Assembly: GCA_000934665.2 (NCBI GenBank)
Contig: JYFJ02002310.1
Span: 1 to 59,867, forward strand
DNA: 59,867 bases
Direction: 5' to 3'
DNA from: Catajapyx aquilonaris
Taxonomy: Eukaryota
Shown here: one piece after another, positions 49,299-59,459 of the stretch
Layout of the letters: each line of letters starts with the position of its first letter
Position numbering within the stretch: the first letter of the stretch is position 1
The notes under the pieces: model-generated
The model's database searches: none
The model's input: only the letters and a program-made list of their open reading frames with translations
Told to the model about the DNA's origin: nothing
Translations under genes and position numbers: made by a program

Positions 49299-52200
49299 AT
49301 ATATTTTAGCCAATTCCCAAAGAGTCTGTTGGGTCATTTGCCAGTTATAATTATCTTGCATTTTGCTGCCCTTTTCATCATTTTCATTTAAATAACTGGC
49401 ATATGTCAATAAACTGGATGGATATAATGTTTTGGATGATTTTGGATGTCTAAATTTTGAGCATGTTGACGAAAGGAACCTAGCAGTATGCAAACCAGTT
49501 AAAAATAAATAACTAACTGGTCAGTTACATTCACCTAAGCTTGTGTGAGCTTGAACAGCAAAAAAAATTAGCATGCGACGACGGGCCTCTTCGCTCTTCC
49601 CTCACATAACCCCCCNCCCCCTTACAAATTTCCTGGCTACGCCGCGGTGTGCTATGGTCCATGACGAGTACTATCTGATGACAAAGATTGTCTTGGGCTC
49701 AAATAAAAATGTATTTACAAAGGATTTTTCCATAACCAATGGAATATTAAAACAATCAAACTATCATGCCTCGAAGTCACTCCAATATAACTTGAATCGT
49801 TCTGCTCTCCAGGGTCAGATCCTGTGCCCTTCACGTCCAGTCCATAATGATAGCCAACCCAAAAATTCGCGCCAAATGCTTCCCCATTGCAATCCAAATA
49901 GATACATGCAAACTCAGACAAAGAACTACAACAAACAACTAACCTGTATCTCTTCTCTTGGTCCAGCTCATTTCGGAGCCGCTCCAGTTCCGTATCGGGC
50001 CGCCTCATTTGCAAATTCTGACTCCTTTTGGGTCCCATAAACACGGCTCCATAAGTTGTCGTGGTGGGTGGGGGAAAATGGGGAGGCAGAAAATCACGTG
50101 ACCCTCTCCTAGCCCGCCATTGTACTTTTTCTTTGTCCCTTTTTTCCCGCCCGTTTCCTTTTCTTCTCGACAGGAAGTAGGTGGAGGCGTGGCGTCAAAA
50201 CTTTATATCGACGAATCCTCCCAGTGAAATCGATATCAAAATCACATGACCCAAATGGTCGGGGTGTAGGGGACTCAAAAGTACTTCACACACACATGTG
50301 GACATGTACACTGAGGCACACGTCAGCCAGGGGTGTTAGGGTCACCCCTTTATCCTCCCCTCCCCATTCCAAACGCTCACTACCTGTGCGCATGCGGACA
50401 TTTCAAATGCGGCCAAATAACCCAACTGTACTTTCCTCCGGTGCAATCAGGGTTTATAGGGTCCGATGGTGTGGATAATTCTCACGAAAAGTCCTTTTAT
50501 TTACTGCCACCTCCCCCTCTTGGTATAAGAAATATTTATCTCTGCACGCAAGACCTTGGTGGCTGCTCCTATCTGCGCGATACAGATGGGAGGGCCTGCG
50601 ACTATTAATTTTAGTTCGCAATTACGTAATCAGCAGACCATGTGGCTCATTATGAGATAAAAATATTTCACTTCAAATCGATACTCCAATAGTGCTTTTT
50701 TTGGAGTGTGTTATATAACACGGTAGAAAATTTTGGGAGGCAGAGAAAACTGACACCTCATGTTCAAGAGCACGCCTTTTGTATGTAGGCTTCTGGTAAT
50801 TACAGCAAATCCATACCTCCTGCCTGGGTATGACATTTCGGTGATCATTTTTCGTCGACCAGGATTCATTTCGCACCTCTAGTATCATAAAACACAGAAC
50901 GCAATTAATCAGTGATGACCCCCCACGTTCTCAGGTGACTTTTGATTGGCTGAAATCAGTTAGAAAAAAGAAGGCAACATAATGGTACATGTGAGGAGTT
51001 TTCACGGCACGCGCTTTTCTGGCTACGGGGTTAAACCTTGGTCACGTTAGGTTCCGATGGATTGTCTCGATTACGAATCACGCGAGTCTCTCGTTAAGGA
51101 AGTTGAGCATGTAGATTTAGGGACGTTTTTTTTTTTTTTTTAACTCAGGCTCTCGTAGGATGAATGTTGAAGTGGAGGGTGAAGTACTGTCGAGTATAGT
51201 AAGTGGAGAGGGTGACGCGGTTTAGGTCATTTTTATGACCCGGTCCGTGCTCTAGTGACCTCGGAGTACGACCTCGGATGTGAGATATCATGCGGTTCCA
51301 CTTCAATACAAATGACTTGGGTGCAATATTGCCTGCTGATTAATCACTTTGTGCACGTGATTTACTGTGTATGAAATCTTGCAATCTAACAGGTTAGGTA
51401 GTACGATGCTGTGTGCCGTGAGTAAATGGTCAGGCAGCTCATTTGACTCGATGATTTTAGTACAGGCTGCCAGCATTCACGGCACGCTTCTGAAACCTGT
51501 CTGTAGGTGATAATCTTCAATAATAATCTTTCACTGCGTGAGAGGGCAATCATCTTTTTATGAAGCGTTTAATTCATCATTTGTATTTATTCACATTCGC
51601 AGCTTGAGGAACAAGTAGAGGGGAAGAAAGTGGCGGTGGTTAATTTTTCTGAAGAGATATTACCACTTTTAAGTCGAATCCACCATTCTGAATCTAAACA
51701 CCAAATATACAGTGCATAGCTATTACATATAGCTAATATACGTGACTTCCCACACTAGCTGGCGGGGTATTTTGTGGTGGTAAAAACTAGGTAAAGTCAC
51801 TTTTTGCACACAAATACTCAATTGTGAACTGGCACTAGAGCGCGCTGTATCAATCGGTTGAGCACGTTCAACTGCAATGTACGTACTTGTTAATGTTACA
51901 AAGGGTGTTCCATGGGTGTTCCAATAATTGAAATGACCTTTTTAGTTAGCGATTTTTGGCACTAAGGTGCTTACTTTAATCAGCTCCTTTCAGTGGTTGT
52001 CGTAAGTCTTAGCAGTAATATTCGTTTGTGTGAAAGTCATCCTTTTTATCATTGGCTTGAAAAAAAAAGTGTTTCCACCAAAATTTACCCTCATCGTTTT
52101 GTATCAAGACTTCATATCGGCATAATCTAAATGAATTAATTGTGTCCATCCATACATCCAACAGCAATCCCATATAGTGTACCGTATTTGATAAAAAAAT

Positions 52201-52633
52201 AGCTTTCTAGGTGCCGCGTTATAGCAGCCTAAAACCTGAAAGGATCATGCGCAGTGCCCTCCATAACTCAATCCTTCCTGAATCCACCTCACCCACTCCT
52301 GTGACGCAATCGGTGTTTTATGGCTGCCAAAACTCGATATAATTATTTTCGCCTGTTCCAAATGGCCTACCTCTTATTTCATGGTTTCCAGGAAACACTG
52401 CATGTACGGTATGTACTGTAGCATATACCTTGTCGTACTACAGCTGTACCTGACATAGGTGGCCGACGATCTGTAATAACTTATCTCCCTAAGGCTCAGA
52501 GCCTTAGGTTTTGGGACCGGGAATATGATGAAGTGAAAGAAAATTACGTCATTTTTTTCGATTAATCCAGCAATATTTTCCTTTGTGCAAGCCACATAGG
52601 CTGTGCTATGTCCAAAATTACTAGATTTGGACT

Positions 52634-52709
52634 CAGGGGTACTTAGTATCTCCAGGAGGGCCACCTCCCACCCCCTGGGGGTACGAGTACCCCTGGTTGG
52701 GTACCCCTG
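52634..52709. mobile_element. hAT/Charlie-like terminal fragment
   Basis: Ends GGGTACGAGTACCCCTGGTTGGGTACCCCTG-ctgtagat, with a 9-bp IR CAGGGGTAC/GTACCCCTG. No matching TSD on the left. Confidence 0.5.
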
Positions 52710-52822
52710 CTGTAGATGGAAAAGCCATTGTCAGATTGTGACAAGGGATTTTATTGTTCAAGTGCCTATATCTAGCCCAGTCACACACTAACTTGCACTT
52801 TTGCATTTGGTAGAGAGGTAGA

Positions 52823-52875
<53 letters not shown>

Positions 52876-52897
52876 CCACCACCACCACCACCATCAC
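52823..52897. repeat. Compound (CAT)n(CAC)n microsatellite
   Basis: Visible run. Confidence 0.96.
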
Positions 52898-53031
52898 GAC
52901 ATTTCCCTGTCAGCGATGACGGGAGCCACAAGCTAACCCAAAATATGAACTAAATTAAAATTTGTAAAAATAAACCTAAAAACAGCCTGTCCCGCCCCCC
53001 ACCCCTGCCCATCTCAGACGACAAACACTCA

Positions 53032-53495
53032 AGGCTGTTTCACGAGGCGATCTGTTGCCGCTTAGCGGAGCGGATGCGAAACGGGGGACCCGCCCGTTGC
53101 GCGATCTCGAATCGCGAGTTTGGCATTTTGACAATCGCGTGCCTAGCGATCGAACGCAGTTGCTGTGGGAAATGGCGACCATAGACCTCCATTGCCGCAA
53201 ATGCCTGTTGCTGAAGAAGAAGCAGCTCTTACTGTCTCTGCTGCAAAATGGAAATGCACCACGCAGGTGGTCAGTGCGGCAGCCGCCATCTTTTTTCGCC
53301 CCTCCGCCTGGCGGATCCGCTTGGCGGGCGATCGTGTCCGACCGAGACGGACAGCCCTCGCCCGCTTCGCGATTCGAGCGGTTCCGCTCCCCTCGCGAAT
53401 CGCGGGTTTTGCGTTTGGACGTGAATTGCTGGCGGACGCGAATCGCCAGACGCAACCGCTGCGGCGGGCGGAATCGCGACCTCGTGAAACAGCCT
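53032..53495. mobile_element. PIF/Harbinger-like MITE 1 (464 bp, CpG-rich)
   Basis: Perfect 16-bp TIR AGGCTGTTTCACGAGG / CCTCGTGAAACAGCCT, TCA on both sides, internal GAATCGCG repeats. Confidence 0.88.
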
Positions 53496-53498
53496 TCA

Positions 53499-54651
53499 GG
53501 GCCGATTTCTCGAACAGTGGTTCAAATGTAAACAAGGTTCAAGTCCGGTTTGAACCCAGTTCAGAGAAATTTCCATTTCTCGAGGCAAAAACAAACCATG
53601 GATACGGTTTAAACTCGGTTCACATCTGACGGCCCGATTGCCGGCCGTTATCTGAAATAAACCGGGTTTGGAATGCCGGGAACAACAATGAAGGTGTCGT
53701 TTTTTGACTAGTTGCCGACGTTAGTCCGCAAAATGAGTTTTTATGGCACTTTTCGGAGGCCAAAAAATTCCCCCTGTGAACCATAGATAGTGAAAATCTT
53801 TGTCTTTCTAATGATATATTTGAAACTCAGAAATCTCAACTATGTGTAATCATAATTAAGTTAATTGCACACCTCAGTTATCTCGGCCGTTTCTCATCCG
53901 AATTACTTCACGAATGTATCGACGGCAAGCCAGAAATGTGCATGATAAAATTACATCGCGCTCTATTACACTAAAATTTTTAAAAGTATTGTTTTAATAA
54001 GTATAATCACTCTTGGTTTAATAGACAAGTACTCAGCCCGATTTCTGGCGGGAATAGTCGGCGATACTTTTAAATACGCTTAAAATTTTTAGTGTCGCAC
54101 TATGTAATTTTATCACGCACATTTCTGGCTTTCCGTCCGTACATTCGCGAAGTAATTCGGATTATAAACGGCCGAGATAACAGAGGTGTGCAATTAACGT
54201 AATTATGATTACACAAATGGCGATTTCCGAGTTTCAAATATATCATTAGAAAGACAAAGATTTGCACTATCCAGGGTCCACAGCGTTAATTTTTTGGCAT
54301 CCGAAAAGTGCCATAAAAATTCATTTTGCGGCGTAACGTCGGCAACTAGTCAAAAAATGTCACTTTCAAATGCGATGTCCCTCACTCCACCTTCTAGACT
54401 TGCTGACTAGAGTTTGTTTACAAGCCGGTAAAGACTCGCGCTGAAGCTCAGACACGGAAATGGGGAAATGGGGACGACGCGACATGTGGCAACGGCGCAA
54501 TTCTAACCGAGGCTTGTCGTTCACGTAGTAACCGAGGGTTTGTTTACGCTCGAGAAATGCTCACACTCGGAAGGGGAGTTTAAACTGCATCCAGCGTGTA
54601 GACGCAAACTCAGTTCAAGCTGACTTGAACCACTGTTCGAGAAATCGGCCC
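53499..54651. mobile_element. PIF/Harbinger-like element 2 (1153 bp including a nested foldback)
   Basis: Perfect 27-bp TIR GGGCCGATTTCTCGAACAGTGGTTCAA / TTGAACCACTGTTCGAGAAATCGGCCC, TCA on both sides. Confidence 0.9.
53689..54368. mobile_element. Long foldback element (~300-bp arms) nested in Harbinger-like element 2; Kolobok-like termini possible
   Basis: TGAAGGTGTCGTTTTTTGACTAGTTGCCGACGTTA... mirrored by ...TAACGTCGGCAACTAGTCAAAAAATGTCACTTTCA. The arms align for ~300 bp with scattered mismatches. Confidence 0.85.
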
Positions 54652-54995
54652 TCAATATTAAATTTAAATATTACACTATACAACGCGGTACTTTGCGAAA
54701 TCAAGCCCCCCCCCCCACCCCCCTGGAAGAGGAATCAGCAACTGGACCAAGGATAAGAGAGGTAGACAATGGGATAAAATCCATCACTGGTGAAATAATG
54801 AAATGTATTAGCACATAACTCGCTTTTCATGCAAAAGAAACGGGGGTACGACGCAAAAAAGCGGCCTTTTAGGGGAGAAGGGGGGGGGGGTGTCCGGGTC
54901 AAGAAAACGAGGTATAATATACAAGCAACTTACAAGAAATAATTTGTGTTTATTTTTACAAGGAGGGTACCAAAAGCATTTGTCACATTACATAG

Positions 54996-55001
54996 TTTAT
55001 T
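54996..55001 (-). promoter_or_regulatory. Candidate polyadenylation signal (AATAAA) of the CFAP20-like gene; a second one lies at 54949-54954
   Basis: tttatt on the + strand, ~55 nt downstream of the stop codon. Confidence 0.55.
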
Positions 55002-55053
55002 GGTTGTACGGTTCCTGAGAACTATCTTGTATTTTCTGGAACCACCTCAGCTT

Positions 55054-55359
55054 TTACTCTCCGGGCCAGTAGTTCACTGGAATCCATAGCTTGAAGTCTT
55101 CCGGCAACTCCTCCTCTGAGTAAACCCGATCGGAGAAGAACACGCTGCGAATGCAGCAATTGGCGTGTATTTGCACCCGCAGGGTCGAAATGTATTGGGT
55201 TCCATAGGCTCTCTTTGTGTAGTCTTCTAAGTTCAGTTGGATTTTGTTCCATCCTTCGTCCAGAAGCAGTGGCATGGTACAGAGGAACTGATTCACCTGG
55301 GTTCTGCGGTGGAAAGTAGAAGCTCGGAAGAGCCGGCTCATGTTCAGGTTATCCAGGAT
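55054..55359 (-). CDS. CFAP20: CFAP20-like terminal exon ([14 protein letters not shown]...[13 protein letters not shown])
   Basis: Acceptor ctcttcacAG at 55360. Includes ORF 55054..55341 with the hallmark [19 protein letters not shown]. Confidence 0.95.
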   Translation of the reverse strand: MLDNLNMSRLFRASTFHRRTQVNQFLCTMPLLLDEGWNKIQLNLEDYTKRAYGTQYISTLRVQIHANCCIRSVFFSDRVYSEEELPEDFKLWIPVNYWPGE

Positions 55360-56245
55360 CTGTGAAGAGTGGGAGCGTGGATATGGCTAGTGATAAACAC
55401 TGTCTATCTGGAAATTTTTTGTTAGTGTTTGCATCATTCGGGCAAAATAAATCAAATGCAATTTGTTATTTTATGTAACAATACCTCATTGCCATGGAAC
55501 CGCATTTCCCGGCTTAATATTATGACTATTGCAAAGGGTTATGAGGTCAGGTGGAAGCGTGGAACTTATTCAAAACAATGTGCCATTACTGCGACAGGCT
55601 GGGATCCATTGACGTGAACTTACAATTTAATGAATTCTATAAAAAAAAACAATGGAATGCATGAACGGCAAAGTTCTGGAACTAGTAAACTGAAGTAGGC
55701 CTAAGTCCTAGAAAGAGCAAAACCAGTACTGGTTTAACTTTTTCTAGGACCGAAGGAATATTACTGACCCAGCTGAAATATTTCTGACCAAATAATTACG
55801 CACCTCGAATTCTAAGGTGAAGTTCTTCTTAAGATTTTTCATAATTATGGACATGACGGGCAGCTCGATACCAAGGAACTGCTGGGGGTTCGGCGGGCAG
55901 GTGATGTATGTGTAGCCTTTGATGCTCACCACCTCCAGAACCGGGTAGTCGATTTCATTGTCTGTTTTCAGCTTTATATACCCGTTGCATATCTACAGGG
56001 AATGGAAGGACATGCTTTTAGTCGTGGTAAAAACTACAATCTAATGAAGCTGATTGCATTATCTTCTTCCACTAACTCTAAGCTTTACCGCCCTTCTGTT
56101 CTAGTCCCTCACTCACCTTTCTGTCCCAGAAATGGAGTGGCCTCCTTTCCATGCTATTTAGAATTGATAGGAATCGGCTCTGAGATGTGTGTCTGAACTT
56201 GCGGTGGGTCCAGTCGGACGGGCCGACTCTCAAGAAAGGCATCAT
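55054..56245 (-). CDS. CFAP20: CFAP20/BUG22-like protein (divergent paralogue), whole model: complement(join(55054..55359,55804..55992,56117..56245)), 207 aa
   Basis: The spliced translation aligns end-to-end with the recalled CFAP20 sequence (FLSIL.S...PL..WD.K / TYITCP..P...LGI.LP...KNLKK.FT.E / [52 protein letters not shown]). Both introns are GT..AG and phase 0. Confidence 0.93.
55804..55992 (-). CDS. CFAP20: CFAP20-like coding exon 2 ([15 protein letters not shown]...[12 protein letters not shown])
   Basis: Acceptor ccctgtAG at 55993 and donor GAG|GTGCGT at 55804/55803. 189 nt, open, about 50% identical to CFAP20 residues 29-92. Confidence 0.93.
56117..56245 (-). CDS. CFAP20: CFAP20-like coding exon 1 ([43 protein letters not shown])
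   Basis: [28 protein letters not shown] matches [28 protein letters not shown]. Donor AAG|GTGAGT at 56117/56116. Start ACA-ATG-ATG at 56245 follows an in-frame TAG at 56278-56276. The start position is less certain than the 3' boundary. Confidence 0.85.
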
Positions 56246-56793
56246 TGTCTCAGAGGGCCGTTCCTGCCTTCCTCTCTAGCTTTGCTTTGCCCCGTAACGT
56301 TCGGATCTGTTCACTCGGTAGGGTTGAGGGGAGCCTGCACCACCACGAGAAAGGCTGACGTTCGACCTGCGACCTCTACAGAGCTCGCGGCCAAGCTACA
56401 ATGGGGCTCGTCAACATTCGCACAGGTCGTCTTGGAAACCACGCGGCAACAATAAGCGATACCATACACTCAATCAGATTGGGTCGAGGGGAAAATACTG
56501 TAAATGACTTGGTAGTTGAGATAAGAGTACTCGTACAACGGACTTGTAAAGAGCCGGACTTGTCGTATAGCCTATACTTGGTTCCGATACCTTAAAGAAC
56601 GGACCTGGCGAGTGATTTATAGGCCCTACCTTGATATTTTGAAGAGTAAAAGTCAATTCAGACTAGAAGTGTAGACACTGAAAAAGAATACCTTTCGGAC
56701 ACTCATTTCCACTCTCCTCTACGCTAACAGTCCATCATCTTCCAGTATAGGCAGAAGAAATACTTGGTATAACGTTGAAAAGCCAATGGTTTA

Positions 56794-56825
56794 CGAGGGT
56801 CAGTCAATGAATTCCCGGCCTGACA
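56794..56825. mobile_element. Solitary mariner-like TIR
   Basis: TA-CGAGGGTCAGTCAATGAATTCCCGGCCTGAC resembles mariner termini; no partner end seen. Confidence 0.4.
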
Positions 56826-57659
56826 TGGAAAAAGTTGACGTATATACGCCATCATCGAAAAGGGGGGAGGGGGGGGGGGGTTGCTACCTGATTACCAAAA
56901 ATGATGAGAGGAGGAGGGGGTCCAGGTTGGGATGACGTCACTTTTACCCTTAAAAATTACACCTATTTTCTCTGTAGAAGCAGTAAAACCTTTGAAGAAA
57001 ATATTGTGTGCCAACTGCCAAATACTCGTATAAGGGACAATTATTGTCAGAACAGACACCCTGTAAGTGATGGCATCTGTTACAGTTACAGCACAGTTAC
57101 AGTATTGGCCCTTTAATATATTGTGCAGCAGGTTTGAAGGAAGAGGTTGAAAACTTTGCGCATCACGATTACGAGTCGAATAAACTTCCTGTGATCCGAA
57201 TACGTGGTTCAGCAAAGTATTATGCACATGTTGTTGCATTGTCATAGTCTGAAACATGTGCATAATTTTTAACTTAATTTCAACTGCATTAATTTATCGT
57301 ACTGCACCGTAAGTAGTGTTCAGGCTCTGACTGTGAAGTTGACGATTTTTTCTGCCGCAAACATGAGACAGTATCACTGTGTTTCGATTCTGTCTTAACT
57401 ACAATTAAACTATTGCGATTAATTCGATCATAAAGTCATATTCCGACGCGAAAGTGTTGACAAGGTCAACGATAAAAAGTTTTTTTTTATTATTTAGAGT
57501 GAGCAGTTACTCCCCCAAAAAATCGCAAATATAGGCGTCATCGCTCACGGCCATCAAAATTTGACACTTTTCTCTCTTCCTCTCCGATAAAAAGTAGGCA
57601 TATCGAATTAAAGCCCACGGTGGCCAGTCATACGTACAGACATATAATATACACATATA

Positions 57660-58221
57660 CAGGGTGATCCAACTTTATCGCCCCAACAGTTATTGGCAAA
57701 ATCGCGTAAGCTGCTACTTGTTAAGCAGCTACTTGCTAAGAGTTACTTTCTCGAGTATTTGGAATAGCACCAGCTGATATTAGATCCAATGCCCATGTAC
57801 CAATTAATGGGGGAAAAAGGGTCACCTGTGGGAAACACGTCGTCTGCTGGGTTGTGACTGGCCAAATGGGTCAATCGCGAGGGGTCGGATGCGAACTTTT
57901 GAGACCCTGAAATGGAAAGGTATCATCATCTCTTTTATTTCCTCATCTCCAAACTGATCCATGTGTTGGCCTTTGGTGTTCACTGGGGATTCAGATGAGG
58001 TCACTAGCTGCCAATCAGAGGGCTAATCCGTCGAACCGGACAGACACAAGTTGTGTCAATAAATAGGTCATTAATTGGTACATGGGCAATGCGGGACCTA
58101 ATATCAGCAGGTGCTATTCCAGATACTCGAGAAAGTAACTCTTAGCAAGTAGCTGCTTAAAAAGTAGCAGCTTACGCGATTTTTACAATAACTGTTGGGG
58201 CGATAAAGTTGGATCACCCTG
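57660..58221. mobile_element. Tc1/mariner-type MITE, family C (562 bp, ~150-bp TIRs), distantly related to family A
   Basis: CAGGGTGATCCAACTTTATCGCCCCAACAGTTATTG ... CAATAACTGTTGGGGCGATAAAGTTGGATCACCCTG; left TA intact, right flank GT. Confidence 0.92.
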
Positions 58222-58389
58222 GTGTTACACAGATTTAAACCGGTACAGTATTTAATGACACTTTGCATTAATTATTTTTTGGACTATCCATTTGTGAGAA
58301 AACCGCCGCCAAACACAGGGATCCATATTTGAAAATTGACAGCAGGTCTCGATGACATCATGGATGACATAAGATGGAGCTTTGCTTGT

Positions 58390-59459
58390 CCCTTAACTTG
58401 AAACGTGGGGTCCTTTTCGGACCCCAAGGTATACGTATGTCACCACCCCTAAGCAAGTTTGTGTCAAAATGAAAAATCGAACGCCTGTATTCCTCAAATA
58501 TATAGGCTACTCTTTCATACCTGAGAAAAATTATGCGCGAGGGATTTTTTTTCTGTAATCGAGTTAAAAAATAAATAAATAAAAACTCCGTGATAGGGCG
58601 GAGCCCTCTTAGGGGGGAAGGGGAGGTTCCCAAGGGAGGGCGCTGTAATTTTAGTCATTTCTGAGTTTGTCAAATACACCAGACCTTTTCTCCCGGCCCT
58701 GGGCAGAGTAGGGAGTGCAATTCTGCCCTGGCATGTCGGGTGAAAAGCGGAAAAACATCCGGCCAAGCAGAGGTGACGGGGACGGGATTTGAACCCCGGC
58801 CTCCTGCTTGGCTGGCCAGTGGCGTAACCACTAGACCACAATGCCTCCCTTTTTTTGAAGTTTTTTCAATCGAGTATTGCCAATATAGGTAACGGATTTC
58901 TTAGAGTGAACAGACACGCCCCCACGGGCGAACCAATGGGGTCGCCTGTATGACCGTGCGTCACAGTGATGTTGCCAGGTGAAATACATAAATGTAATTA
59001 ACATGTGTATTTTAAAAAGGAATTCGACCGATATCAATTATTTGGTTCTGACATAATTTATGAACACTAAAGCATTATTTAGAATAGCGTAATAGAAAAA
59101 TTAAAATCAGCAACCTTGCCACATGGGGACTACTTTCAAGGCGAGAGACAAAAGAGCATCGGGATCCGTGCCCGCGTAATTTCGAAGCATTGTTCGAATC
59201 CAAGGCAACGGTGTTCGAATCTCTTCTTTTCACTTCTTTTCGGCGCGCATAAGCACCATCGGAATAAGTTGTCCGGCTCTGGCGGAGAGATACCCATGTA
59301 CATGTTGTCATGGTGCCAAAGTGGTGGGGGAGGGAGGAGAGAAGTTTGTTTGGGGGCGGGGCCATGGGCCCAGCAGTTCACTCTAAGAAATCCATTGCCT
59401 TTAAAACGTTCAGGAGTCGTCTTGGGGTCCAAAAAGGACCGACCCCACGTTTCAAGTTA
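58390..59459. mobile_element. Degraded piggyBac-like non-autonomous element carrying a SINE insertion
   Basis: IR TAACTTGAAACGTGGGGTCCTTTTCGGACCCCAAG / CTTGGGGTCCAAAAAGGACC(GACC)CCACGTTTCAAGTTA; CCCT start and GGGGTC..GACCCC subterminal palindromes. TSD not recognisable. Confidence 0.65.
58690..58844 (-). mobile_element. tRNA-Gly(GCC)-derived SINE
   Basis: Minus strand GCATTGTGGTCTAGTGGTTACGCCACTGGCCAGCCAAGCAGGAGGCCGGGGTTCAAATCCCG closely follows tRNA-Gly but lacks a pairing acceptor stem. It continues into a SINE-type body (GGATGTTTTTCCGCTTTTCACC..CCAGGGCAGAATTGC). The 3' end is approximate. Confidence 0.75.

Larger units (their letters stand above)
48024..49647. mobile_element. hAT (Tip100-like) non-autonomous element, 1624 bp, containing nested fragments
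   Basis: TIR CAGTGGCGTAGC / GCTACGCCGCGG, perfect 8-bp TSD TGTGCTAT (48016-48023 and 49648-49655), subterminal G/C runs. Confidence 0.88.

Noticed and set aside
52976..53629. Four overlapping 130-159 aa ORFs
   Set aside because: They arise from the GC-rich, stop-poor Harbinger-like MITE and show no transposase or other recognisable motif.
58772..58844. Functional tRNA-Gly(GCC) gene
   Set aside because: The acceptor stem does not pair and the sequence runs into a SINE-like body, so it is called a SINE head.
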